NCBI GenBank assembly: GCA_013265495.1
Contig: MU058384.1
Coordinates: 309,622 to 373,621 of the forward strand
DNA: 64,000 nt
Direction: 5' to 3'
From: Vicugna vicugna
Taxonomy: Eukaryota
The notes beneath the pieces were generated by a model. That model saw only the letters and a program-made list of their open reading frames with translations. It did not search any database and was not told the origin of the DNA. Made by a program: the position numbers and the translations under genes. Below are positions 38,881-52,460 of this stretch, piece after piece. Within the stretch, counting starts at the first letter, position 1. Every line of letters starts with the position of its first letter.

Positions 38881-41800
38881 ATAAAGTCAAGGTGAATATC
38901 TTTTTAATTTACTTAGTAGTTGTGGGATATTCACTTAAGCTGCTAAATATGTAGTGAATGTTTTCTTACCTCCATGCGTCATATTTAATACAATGATTAA
39001 TAGATATCAAATATGTCTGTCACTCTGTTCTATTGGAGGAATGATTGACTTGTTCAAACATGTTGCAAACTTCCTTTAATTTTAGTTAATAATAGTAGAG
39101 CTGCTGCATTAGGGTAGGGAAGACCAAGCTATGACTTTTACAAAGTTCTCTTTGTAAAATCTAAATATATAAGTATTTGGTGCACATGACAAATAACTCT
39201 AAGTGTATACTTAGTTATGACGTTTCAAAATTGTTTTATAAGATTTTTTGGAGAGTTTATGCTATAATATAATGTCTAGACAAAAACAAAAATTTAGAAA
39301 TGTTTATAAGTACATGTCACTTGAATTGCTTTGCAAAAGTTGGATAGACAAAATAAAGCACATTTTTTGACAAGTATGAATTATTCCAAAACTTACTGGA
39401 ATATTTCCCTGTAGCACACTACCAGCCAAGAGATAAAGCCAAGCCCTAAAAATTCCAGTTTATCATTTTAAAAATAACTCATTCTCCTTAATTTCACATC
39501 TCTTTTAGTTGTGCATTGCTCAGAGGATGAAACTATACACTATTTTAGAGAATGCAGTTAATGAAAGCTATTTATTTTATTAATGTAAAATAAATCTTAT
39601 TCTCATGATCCTGGAGAAGTTACTTTCTGGACCTCAGTCTTCTTATCTGAAAAATAATAAGTTTTAATTACTTGAATTCCTTAGCTCTAACAGTAACTTG
39701 TCTAAAATATATCCCTTTTACCCTCTTGTCCCACCTCCCTCAAATTATCTATTACATACATATCCAGTTATCTACCCACTCATGTTGCATACACATGTAT
39801 CACATTTATATATGTATTATATATATTTATATATAATTTCAGCTGGAATTATCTAAAATTCCCCTTCAATGTAGAATTATATACTAATACTTATGCTGTG
39901 AGTAATAATATAATAGGAGATATGATTATTAATACAAATTTGAATTTACCTAAACAAATACATACTGGGGATAAGAAAATTTTATCACTAAACATCTTTA
40001 CATGTTCTTCAGTGTATTTTATATACACTGTAAATATTTAATCTATATAATATGATATTTAGCTACTTTTACATAGACTGAATAGAATGCAAATACAAAA
40101 TAACAAGCAGATAAAGAAAATAATTGAAAGATCATGATGTTTTTGTTTAATAATTTTATTACAAAATCATTTGTATATTCTTTAATAAAAGATTCTGTAA
40201 ATTGCATTAAGCTATTTGAGATCCACAACACATACTTTCTGTTCATTTTCTGTTAGTTTCTGCATAGTTCTTTTAAATTTGAAAGTCAGATTGTAATTAG
40301 ATATTAAATACTGTTAAATAGATTGAGTTTCTCTGGTAAAGATGTGTAATAAATCTAATTTTGAAGCTTCATTATTACCTTCAGCCAAATAATTCTTTTT
40401 TCTCTTATAATATGAAAATGATAAGCTCATGTTATTGAAATTAAATGTAACAAAGAAAGTGTCCTAATCTCCCACATTATATAAGAAATTATTATTCAAT
40501 GACAAAAAATGTAGAAAAATGAAATATTTTCCCCATGCTTTTATGTTTAATATATTTAATGTCAATAATAACTTCGATGGCAAACTCCTGAAAATTATTG
40601 ACTCCTGTGTCCTCTTTTAAGCTGTCAATTTGTAAGAAATTTCTAAATCTTTATGATTGTGATAGTAGTAAATTTACTCTAGTTAATGCTTTTTACAGAT
40701 ATCATGTGAAATGTGTATATGAAATATTTAAGATATAAATATGGAGCTATTTCCCAGGATCCTTTTTGCTCTGTATGGCTTTAATCCTTCATACTAGCTG
40801 AAAGCCACTGAGTCATCCTGATGCTCTGCACTGCATTCCAGGAGACTTGGTCCCTTGGTCAACATCGCGTTCTCATTTTCACTTGCTACTCTTCCTCTTT
40901 CTGATTGAATGAAACAATGCTACAGCAACGTTAGCCATTAGACAGTTCATTAATTACATTAATCACAACTTCTCTTTTCATTTGAGTATGACTGCAAATT
41001 TGCAAATTTTCTGCCTTTGCATTAAACTATTAGAAAGAAGTTTGAGTGTAGAGAAATGTTATTTTCCAAGTCCCAGATCTTAAGGCATTTAACTGAAATG
41101 ATATTCTGACTCGTAGTCTCTTCATCTGCAAAAGAAAGTAATGAAAAAATGAGCAAAATTAATATTTATTTTTTGTCAACATGTGCCAGAAGTTGTTATT
41201 AGACCTCAATTTGACCTTTATCTTTATCACCTAAATCACATTAGCATGGTATTTAACTTGATAGTACCATGATTGTGTAAGATAGGTACTTTTTATACCC
41301 ATTTTAAAGATGAGAGAGGGATGGTAGCAGAAGAAGAGAAACAAATGTGTGCTTTCTGTTATTTAAATCAGCATTTAATAATGGATGGTAATGAAATCCA
41401 GGATGAAGTTTGTTTGCCATGTTACAAACAGTATGGTGAAGTTCTGTCTTGTTTGCTTTGTTTTTTGCCTCTGCTCCCCCGAGTCCGTCCTGGTGTTGGC
41501 ATTTATAATTCCCTTTTACTCGTTTCCTCTTTCTTTGCTGAACTCCTAGAATCCATGATTAAAATTTTAGTGAAGTGTTCTGTTCATATAATTTATGTTG
41601 AATAATTTTTTTTTCCAAATGAAAAGGACTAGAAAATTTTAGTTTTGATTATTACTGTATTGAAAACATTAATTCACATTTAATGGAATGTTACTTATTC
41701 TGTGAAACAAAACATATAATGCAATTTTTTACAATTTACTATATTGAATCTTTATAAAATTCAGAGTGTAATTATGAATTCAGAAAAACATAATTTTAAA

Positions 41801-42279
41801 TTGAAGGAAAAAATCTTGGTGTTTAAGTGTAGAAATGACAAGTTTGTTGATTTAAATACCCTCCCATTTCTTCATAAATAAGAAACATTATTGTATAAAA
41901 GATCTTTTCTACTACAAAAGACTTCTTTAGTTTAGTTTTAGTCCCTCAGTGAAACTCAGAGGATAGAGATACTTTTCAAATATGCTTACGAATGAATTAT
42001 TTGGGCATTTTTAAGACCCTAAGGAATAAAGGTATAGTAAATTGATTCTAGTTTATTCAAATGGAAAATATAGATCAATTTATATTTTATTGTAAGTCAG
42101 GCAGGCATTTTAGAAATATAATACACAGAAAATGTTATTTGGAAAAAATGCACAGACACACACATATGCACACAGAGAAGCACTTGCATACACATACATA
42201 CTTATATTAATGCACACACACATTATATACACACAGAAACACACATATATTTAGTACAAACAGTATTATAATTGTTGAA

Positions 42280-42475
42280 ACCGTGCAGTCTGAAGCCAGG
42301 CTCCCCTGACATTGAATATCACGTGTATTTTTCACCTGTAAAATTGGATTACAATAATTTTTACTTCTAGGTCTGTGTAAGTATTAAATGAGTTACTCCT
42401 TATAACATTTTAGAATAATGCTTGGCAAATCAGTAGGCATTAGCTAATTATCAATATGCTACTCAGTAAGTATTA
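42280..42475 (+). mobile_element. MIR SINE
   Basis: TTTTCACCTGTAAAATTGGATTACAATAA...ATTAAATGAGTTA...TTAGAATAATGCTTGGCA. Confidence 0.7.
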
Positions 42476-43959
42476 GCTAATAGATATATTTAGTTTTAAA
42501 AACCAACCAGATATGGAGGATAGTGCCAAAAATATGATTTTAGAGATGAATTTGCACAGGTAAGTAAAAAAACATTAAAAATGATTTTGACATACATACT
42601 TTTAAATGTTCAGTAATTTTATAAATGCTTATAACTCCTTAATTGGAAATCAGTCAATATATTCTTTCACTCACTACATTGGACATGTGTGACATATGTT
42701 ATTTAGAAGATAAACTTAAATGTCAATTAATCACATGGATAATGGTAATACAAGGGAAATTTTAAATATGATACTAAGGCAGATAAAATAAAAGATCATT
42801 ATAATAAATTATATATGAATACATCTTACACAGATGTTCAGTGCCTATAGATAAAGTGTTACAATTTTCCTTTATATATCAATTTAAGAATAATTTCTCT
42901 TAACATCAATTGGCTTATCCTATAAATAAATTCAGCATTTAACTGAATTTATTAGACAGTCTCACTGGGTACAAATTGGGATTCGGTCACCATTTACATT
43001 TGCAAAAGATAGGCTCAAATTCTTGGCACCCGTACTCAGGAAAAAAATCATTTAATTTAAATTATGCTTTATTTTTTTAGTCCAAATTTGCCTATAGAAT
43101 AATGCCTTCAAATGATTCCCTCCTAACTCCCTGGAATTGTATAGTAATCAAGATTGCTTCAAAGATCAGGAGAGTGGCAATCCAATATTTTCTATTGATA
43201 GAAATATCTAGTAAACATATATATATATATTTATATATATATCTCTTATATATAATGCTTGCATATATATAATAGATATAATAAATAATGCTTATTTACA
43301 TGAACCATAGCATATATATTCCAGAACAGTAAAAAGAAGCATTACTGTATATATATATTTTTAATTTTCTCTTTTCTGAAAAATAAAAATGTTACATCTT
43401 TTCACATCTAACAGCTATATAACAAAAATAAAATCAACATAAAATTTAAGATATTACTTATTATGAATTCTTGTGAAGTATTTATTTAAAATTTGCCTGT
43501 TTGAACATAACGAACTGTAACTTAATCATAAAAATCCAAAGAATCCCTATACCCTATTTAAATGAAAACAGGAATAGAGATGTCCACCTAGGACTTTTCA
43601 TTTTGTTTTTGTTTTTGTTTTTTTAATTCTTAAGAAAAGTCAGTATACTTCTTCTAACATATACCTAATGGGAAAGGAAATTATGTTTACTGAGCTCTTA
43701 GCTATATGTTAAGCATTGGTTAAATATTTATTGGAGAGTGACCTATTTTTATCATCACGATATAAATGGAATTAGATCCTACCTCCTCAATTTGTAGATT
43801 AGGATACCAGTAACTCAAATATTCAGAAAAATGTGTAAAATTAAATGTGTGATGCTTTGTGTTAAATTGAAAGTGCGTTACATAAATTGATAGCATATAA
43901 ATAAAGACAGTGTTCCAATTCCAAAGGAAGATGGTTTGTCCCTGGCCCAGTAGTGGTGA

Positions 43960-44640
43960 TGGGTTTAATTACATGTAGTAGGAAGGGAAAGCCTCTCTGA
44001 AAGGGGCCTCTTAAATCTCTGCCTGATGAGATGTGAATGAGTTAACTGTGTGAAGAGCCATAGGGATAATGCTCCAGGTAGAGGGAAAAAAGCAAGAGGG
44101 GGAAAAGAAGCTTGGGTTGTTTCAAAAACAGAGAGGCCACTATGACCACAGCAGAGACAATGAGGAGACAGATGGCGTGAGATGCAGTTAGAAAATGCTA
44201 AACGGTGCATGGTTTTATGAGCTATTGTGTAATCTTCGAGTTTTCTTCTAAAGGAAATGAGAAGCACTGAAATCATTTTAAGCAAAATAGGTATTGATAT
44301 TGTTCATGTTCTATAACATCCATTCTGCTGCTGGGAGAGGAATAGATCAGCACTATGCAAAATTTGAATGTAGTAGAACAATTACAGGGCCTCTGAAATA
44401 ATCCAGAAGATAAATGATAGAGACCTGAGTGCAGGTTGTGGAAGATGAGATGGAAAGAAGGCGAGAGATAAAGATATCATTTGAAAAGTTTTATTTTGAG
44501 CCAACAGAACCTGCTGAGTTCAGAATATGAGATGTGAGAAAAAAGGATGCCAAAATGAAGAATAATAGGGTTTTTTTTGGCCTAAATGACAAAATGTTGG
44601 GATTATATGTTGAGTTAAAGAAGACTAGGGGAGTGAGAAT
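43960..44640 (-). mobile_element. L2 LINE fragment
   Basis: Purine-rich antisense L2 motifs: GGGAAAGCCTCTCTGAAAGG and AATGAGAAGCACTGAAATCATTTTAAGCA. Confidence 0.75.
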
Positions 44641-47600
44641 TGCAGGGATATAAATTCATATAAATCCAGCAAATGCCCTTGTAATCAATTGGAACAGGGA
44701 AATAATTTAATGTTTTATTTAAAAATTAGTAACTTATGAATCATAAAATATTATTACATGACAAGATAATATGTAGATCATAAATAAATGGAAACTGGCT
44801 AAAATTCTAAAGCTAAATAAAATAAATGCTAAGAGTCTTCATTGTCTATTAATATTATAGAAGCATTGCTAAACACTCTGTTCAGAGTTTAACAGTGGGT
44901 GACCAAGGTAGTGCTTTGACTTACCTCTTTACTTCATCAGAACAAGCCTTAGTTGCAAGAGAGAATGAATGTTTGCTATGAATTATTGACTCATTGCAGT
45001 GAATTGTGGTGTTTCCTCTCTCCCAATACTGGTCTACCAGTTAGGAGAAAGAAGATACTAAGGAAGTATCATCTATAGAGCTTGGTGGTGTGTAGACATA
45101 TGGTAGATTAGCATTTTATTCTCCAGATGGCTGCTTAGTGAACTGTAGAATCACAAACATCCACCCTGGTAGAGCACAGCAGAGTGTAGTAGGAGAGATC
45201 TTCAGATGGTTTGGCATGTGTCACCTGCAATTTGAAGAATCATAGTGAATGGTGTCTTCTTTCCTGGGGAGAATTCTAAAGATGGAGGGATAAACAGTGC
45301 AGTACAAGCAACAGTAACAGCTGAATGAACAATATACATTCATGTAGCATGTACAACAGAAAAAATTCTAAAACATAGGAATACAGTATGACTAAAAGTC
45401 AAAGGATGCAAATATATAGTATAAGTGCAGCATGAAAATGCTAACCAAAGCAAACTGTTGTAGCTATATTAACATCAGATTCAATATGTATTTATATAGC
45501 TATAAGGAAATACTACATGATGTAGAAACTTTGAATTTCTCAAGATGTATGATTGTAAATTTAAAATTTCAATGTAGTTAAAACTAGAGAGGTTATCACT
45601 TTTAAATATGTTAGTTAAAAAACAGCTGAAAGTCAATGAGCTAAGCATCAATTTAAATAAATTATATATGAGAAGTAAAACAGCTTAAACTTACACTATA
45701 GTCAACAATAATCTATTATACACTTAAATTTTGTTAAGAAATACGTAAGTCTTCTAACCACAATAAAATTCAATAAAATTATAATCGAAAACCTATTCTT
45801 AAAAAATAAATCTATAATCAAAAAATTCATTACTATATTTTACCAAAATGTATTTTGGTGTTGGTAAAATGCCAGTATTACAGAAGTTTTGCCATTGAAT
45901 AGAAGAGAGGAAACATTGAACAATTAATTTTAAAAGCCATTATGGTGTTGATACTATAACCTGATCAAAACATTAAGAGAAAGGAAAAGTATAGACTAAC
46001 TTCACTTACTTAAAAAAGGTAATGTCCTAAAAAATTTTAATCCAAGTTTGTTACAGTTGAATTCATCCTTTCTTTAATATGTATAAACATAGTATGACAA
46101 TGTTGAATTTATTCTGGGAATGCAAGATTGACTTAATACTAAAAAAAGTATGATTTGCCACACTAACACACAAAAAAGAAAGAAATCAACTTCTTCAGTA
46201 GCAGAAAAATCATAATAGAATTCAAAATTCATTAAGAAAATGTTCCTAACAAGTTAAATATAGACAGATCATTATTATTGATTATCAAGAAAAAATCTCT
46301 ACAGAATATCACGAACTAAATGGCAAAATATTGAAATATTCCCTTTCGAATCAGGTAAAAGACAAAGACTGTTTACTGTATTTATTAACATTGTACAAAT
46401 ACAATAAAGCAAGAAAAAGAAATGGAAGAAGATTGGCACTGAAGCAAAAATAGTGCTTCATTTTATGAAGAGAATATATAGCTAAATAAGAAAATCCAAA
46501 ATAATTTACAGATGCGTCATTAGAATTAATAAAATATATCAACAATTTTGCTGCATTTAAGCTCAGTATTTTTTTAAATTGCATTTTATAACCAGCAGTA
46601 GAATAGTAGAAAATAAACATTTTATGATGTCATTACAATAGCACACAAAGTATCAATATCTATGAACAAGTCTAATGAAAGCTGGACAAAACTTCTTTAA
46701 AGAAAATTATTACACACTGTTGATATAAATTAAATAATTGAGTTAGTTACACCATCGTTATGCTTTGAGAGAACTAAAGGTGCAAAATTCCTTCAGTCTG
46801 ATCTAGTTTCAGCACTTTACACAACAAAGTCCCAATCTATTTTTTATTGTTGCTTCCATTTGCTCAAGATAGTTGTAAAATTTAACAAATCAAAATAGCT
46901 AAGACACTTAAAAGTGCATTACTGAAGATGGTGGATTGCTCTACCAGATTTCAAAATTCATTTTAAATCTACAATAAATAGGATTATCTTGAGTTGTCAC
47001 TCATATAGAAAGGTGACAAAAAATAGAAAGACTAGAAAATAACACAGATATACTGACTTCAGATTTAATAAAAAGTGAAAGTACAGATGAAGGAGACATC
47101 CTCAATAAATGCAGCTGAGATGTGTAGATTTCTATATAAAAAGAAGTAAAGCTTGACTTCTACTTCATACTGTATGCAAAATTGTATTTCAGTTGGGTTG
47201 TAAAATTAATATGAAAGGGGAGAAGATAAGAAGTATAAGAAAATAATACAGAGGACATATTTATGATCTCAGGATAGGAAAATATGTCTTAAATAGGGAA
47301 TAAAAGTATTAAACAAAGAGAGAGATATTTAACATTAACTAAATTGAAATTGAATATCTCTTCACAAGGATAAAAAGCAATAGGAAAACAGAGAGAAAAT
47401 ACATTTCCAACACATATAAAAAGATTTTTTTAATATAAAATTCAAAGGTTTATATGAAAGCAAAGGATTTGCATCCAGAATATTTCTTCTAAATTTCTTC
47501 AGATAAATAAAGAGAAACATTCCAGGAAAAGAATAGGAAAGTTATTTGAATAATCATTACATAAAAGAGAATATCCAAATAGTCAATATACTGATGAAAG

Positions 47601-47986
47601 ATTGCTAAGCCTTTCTAATTATCAGAGAAGGAAATTAAAATTACAAAAAGGTGCATTAGAGATGCTTCTAAAGTTAAAAACTTGCAGAAAGTTCAAATAT
47701 GACAATGATATGAAAGTATAAAGATTCAAAATCATAAATTGATGATAACTTTGACAAATGTCTTGGACGTGTCAACTGAAGCTGGGCATAAGCATACCCT
47801 GTAACACAGCATTTGTCATCCATGTGAGCAAAATGCAGATTTGCATGTATCAAAACACACACACACACAAGAATATTCCCAGCAATGCAATTTTTAAGAA
47901 CTCCAAAGTAGAAACAACCCAATTGTCAACTGACAGTGGACACATTAATCATTTATAATTTATTTATGGAGTTGAATACTGTGGAG

Positions 47987-48208
47987 CAGAGGTCACCAAA
48001 CATTTTCTGTCAAGGAACAGATAGTAAATATTTTAGCCTTTGTGAGATATAATGTGTCTAACGTAGCTATCCAGTTCTGCTCCTGTAGTGTAAAATCAGT
48101 TACAGACAATACATAAATAGGTGATTGTGTCTGGGTTCTACTAAAACTTCATTTACAAAATCAGGAAGGCCAGAATTGGCCTAAAGTCAATAGTTTGCCA
48201 ATCTTTAC
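47987..48208 (+). mobile_element. MER58A (hAT-Charlie MITE)
   Basis: CAGAGGTCACCAAACATTTTCTGTCAAGGAACAGATAGTAAATATTTTAG...TAGTTTGCCAA. Confidence 0.88.
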
Positions 48209-48309
48209 TACAGATGAAAAATAATAACAACCAAACTTCAGCTAAATGTAACAACATTGATGAATCACACATATATAATGTTGAATAGAAGAAGTTAGAT
48301 GTCAAAAAA

Positions 48310-49635
48310 AAAAGATCATAATGCTAATAAAACAAACCATGGCTCCTTGGGGAAATGACATACTCTTGAACTGGAGAAGGAAACTACAAGAGAAGCCTGA
48401 TCATCTTGTAGTTGCAGAAAGTACAAAACTGCTCAAGAAACAAAGCATCGATGGAGGGGTATATAAAAGTACATGGATGCCAACTGAATGAGCTTTCCAT
48501 GACCCAAACTGGAAATATTTAAGCAACAAAATAAATAGCAGAGTATTTATTGGATTATAACCTGAAGTATGAAATAACTATCCATGAGTCCATGCTAATA
48601 TAAATAAATTCTTGAATAAATAAGGGAGGATAAGAGCCAAATCAGTCGTGCAGAAGAGTTCCTAATAATTAATATATTCTGCCATCAAGGAAGTGCAACG
48701 TAACTCCCTACCTCTGTAAGCTGCACACAATAACTCCCCTCCAAAGAGTACATTATCAAACGAGGACTAAAAAAAGAATAACCTTACAGTGAAGAAAACT
48801 AACAAATGGTACTGCAGCAGTGACCAAGTCTAACATCATCAGTGATAAGTCAGATAAAGATGAGTTGTAGACACAACTCTACTGCTGCTGCAAAAATACT
48901 GGACTCAGGAACTTTTCTCAAAGGAAAGTTGAGAGAACTTAAGTCTCAAATGTAATGGGAATCTTCACTTTGGAATGGAGTTGAAAACGCTACAGTCCAG
49001 TTACCTATTTACTACTTTTTATTAGCAGTTGCTCACGTGTCTTGGGGTGGGGAGAGGAGGAATTGGCTGCCTTAAAAACTGGGTCAACAAGCGAGATTAA
49101 GGGAGTGTGTTCACCTTGGGAATGTTCTACTTGACATCTGGGTCATGTGCATCTGATGTGGCAACTAGGGTTGCACTCTGCATGATGTGACGTTATTGGT
49201 ACTTCACCTCTGTGGTCTCCCTTTTCAAAATCCCTCACCCCAGTCCAATAATGAGAAAAAACTCAGACAGACCCAAACTGAAACATTCTACAAAATACCT
49301 GACCAGAACTCCTCAAATCTGTCAAGGTCATCAAAAACAAGGAAAGTCTAAGAAATGATCTCCATCTAGATGAGTCAAATGAGACACAATTACTAAACAT
49401 AATGTGGTATCTTGATGGGATCTTATTACAGAAAAAAGAACGTTAGGTTAAAAAACAAAGAAATGCAAATATGAACTTTAGTTAATAATTATGTATTGAA
49501 ATTGGCTCACTATCTGTGATAAATATATCATACTGTGTAAAATGCATGTAACACAAGAAACCGGGTACAGGATGTGCAAGAACTATCTGCAACTTTTCTT
49601 TTCATCTTAAAATTATCGTATAATAAAAATTTACT
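48310..49635 (+). mobile_element. L1MC-like 3' UTR with a foreign internal insert
   Basis: AACATTCTACAAAATACCTGACCAG...CTGTCAAGGTCATCAAAAACAAGGAAAGTCT; terminus AATAAAAATTTA near 49630. Confidence 0.8.
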
Positions 49636-49965
49636 TAACTATGTAATTTATGATTCCATTTATATAAAGTTAAAAAAAGCACTCAAAACCAAACTATTAG
49701 TGTTTAGATATACATGCCTGAATGACAAAATATAAAGAAAAGCAAGACATTGATTTTTCTTATAGTCAGGTTAATAATTACCTTGTGAAAAAAGAAACAG
49801 ATAGCAACTGGGAAATAGAATAAAATGGGTTTTTTAGACGAGCAATGTTCTATCTTTTGACCTGGATGATGCTAACAGATCATTTTCTTGTAGTAAGTCA
49901 ATGAGCTGAATATTTTTGCATACTTTACTGTATCTATGCTAAATCTATCTAACTATCTATATATC

Positions 49966-50032
49966 ATCTCTCTCTCTCCCCCTCTCTCTCTCTCTCTCTT
50001 TCTCTCTCATTCACTTTCTCTTTCCCTCTCTC
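49966..50032. repeat. (CT)n-rich simple repeat
   Basis: Directly visible. Confidence 0.9.
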
Positions 50033-50799
50033 TATTAGGAGAGATATCATCTGGATGAAATAAGAGGATACTATGAGAGAAATTAGTTAAGTCAGATATT
50101 ACATTACCAACATCAGAGAACTCTGCAGGAAAGAGTGATTTAGATACCTTCCAAAGTAAGCCTTCCTTGATAAATTCAAGCGTTTTCTGTTTGTAAATTC
50201 ACATCATTACAAATTTCTTTGCAATATACACTTTAAACATGTAGTTTGCCTTAAAGAACTCAGAAACATGGACACCTATGTCCATTTTGAAAGGTAGAAC
50301 CTGGTGATGAAATTTTTTTTTTGCATGAACCACACCCATAATGAATTTTCTGTTGTATTTTTTCTTTATCTGGTTTATTAGAAATTTGAATAAAATTTAA
50401 AAAAAATAAGAATCTTAGCAATTATATATTAGTACTAAGTCCTTATTGATGTTTCTCATATTTTTTCTTCCCAAGCATTTTCAGCTTTACAGTTCATTAT
50501 GTCATTAGATAAGTTATTTTTAGCAACTCATATTTTTCAAATTGTTCCAAAGCTTTAAGGTTAGTTTTCATTAATCTTAGCTTTCTTCTATTAATATTTC
50601 TGGTGTCTGTATGATGTGTTCTCAAACCTATTTGAGAACAAATATCAGTGACACTTGATAAGCTTTCAATTAATTAATGTGGAAGAAGTATTCTGGGCAT
50701 TTATTAGCATGTGTTTTGGATTTAGTGGACACTAAACAAATTTAGCATATAGCTTAAGTGGAAATCATTTAAAAGTTTTCTACTGCCTGAAGTTTGAGT

Positions 50800-52460
50800 T
50801 ACCTATAGGCTTTCCAGTAGTGATGTCATGGATACAGTTTGATAAAGATCTCTGGCCCTCTGGAAGGAGGTCTCATACTGTATATATAAAGCTAGTTGAT
50901 GCTGGTAGATAGATATATTAAGGTACAAGAATGGATGAGATTACCCAGGAAGAGAAAATAAAGAAAGAAGAAAACCCAGGGCAATGCTCTGAGGAACTGC
51001 AAACACCAGAGTCAACAGAGGATGCAGAATCAGGAAAGATAAAAGAGAGTGGGGACTGAGGTAAGAATAAATCCGGGATACTTTGATATCAGCTAAATGT
51101 AGGGGGATTATGTTGAGAAAAAGAGAGATGAAAGTCAACTGGGAAGCGTGCTGCTGAGAGTCTGAATGTAACGTAAACTGAAAAGGGACCCTTGAGTTTA
51201 GCAATTTGAGGTCCTTTGATTGGGACCAGAGCACATTCAGTGTCCTGGTGAAGACATGAGTCAGATGATGACAGTATGGAAACATCATGAGAGGGAAGGA
51301 AGTTGAGATAGCAGTAAAATCTACATCTCCAAGCCATTTTGATGTGAAGAGAATGAGAGAGTGGCTAAAAGAGGAGACAATGAGAAATATTTATTTGAGT
51401 ATGTACATAATTTAGAGTAATAATACACAGAAAGGGCCAAGCTGAAAATGTCTAAAAGAATATGGATAATCCAAGAGATAATGTCCTCTATAGACCATAA
51501 GTAGGAGGACTGTCTTCTAGAGACACACTTAGTTCCTAACAACAACAGGTAAATGTGAGGATGAGCACACATCCAAATAGTACAGAAAACTTTGCTGAGA
51601 GATGTTCTAAGAGTCCTTAATCAGTGGTTTCTGTTTTCTCCAAAATAAATGATACAATGTCATCAACTAACAGTGTTCATATCCGTCTTGGTAGTGGAGA
51701 CCAAAGGGTATATGAGAAGTTTGATCACAGATGAGAAGAAATGAATAAAACTAAAATGAATAAAACTACTTTTGCTTTAGAGATTGAAAGTAAGTTTCCA
51801 GGGAGATATTTTAGGGCTTGTAATTTTAATACTTATTTGAGTTTTGATATGTATTTAGAGTGAAGCCAGTCACCTGTTTTATATGTTTCCACTATAAAGT
51901 TCAACCATTCAGGTGCAAGCGAAGAGAAAACAAACATTTGGTTCCAAATAGAATGTAGCTTTTGTCAAGATGGGAATTTGTAGATACTTGTGAGGGGGGA
52001 TTAGGGTGATGGACCACAAACCTCTCATCGGTACAAGAAAGGCAGCAGAATGTATTGATGGGCCATGAGTTTATGGCAGAGCAACAGAATTGGAGTTAAT
52101 ATTAAATTTTAAATAAAATATTTTTAGAAAATCTTACTACTCCATACATGGGGATTAGACTCACCAAACTGACTCTTTTAAAATATCAGGGACAGAACTC
52201 TTTATTATTCAAATATCTTCCTTTCCTTCTGATGGGTAACAAAATACAACTTTGACTGAAATACTTAAACAGATGTATCCATATAACCCCATTGTAGATT
52301 TTTATCCACTGAAATGAGATTGTGGATTCATGAAAGGTGTCCAAGACTGCCTAGTGTTTGGCAAATAGGGCATGAATGAGTGTGGAGGTACTTGAAATTG
52401 AAACAAGAAGTTGTTTGGGGCTTTTGTTGAAGAGAAGATCAGTCAGCTGAGGTCAAGAGA
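50800..52460 (-). mobile_element. L2 LINE fragments
   Basis: AATGGATGAGATTACCCAGGAAGAGA, TTTAGCAATTTGAGGTCCTTTG and ATCAGCTGAGGTCAAG-like antisense L2 motifs. Confidence 0.7.

Larger units (their letters stand above)
45350..49930 (+). mobile_element. ancient L1ME-like ORF2/3' end hosting nested MER58A and L1MC elements
   Basis: TTTATTCTGGGAATGCAAGATTG, ATCAGGTAAAAGACAAAGACTG and GTAGAAACAACCCAATTGTC; 3' UTR resumes near 49640. Confidence 0.8.

Noticed and set aside
42511..42565. Exon ending at the strong donor CAG/GTAAGT
   Set aside because: The upstream acceptor lacks a pyrimidine tract and the peptide is unrecognised.
2745..49635. Long-range inverted repeat between 2745-4240 and 48310-49635
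   Set aside because: These are two independently decayed copies of the same L1MC family, too diverged for a recent duplication or inversion.
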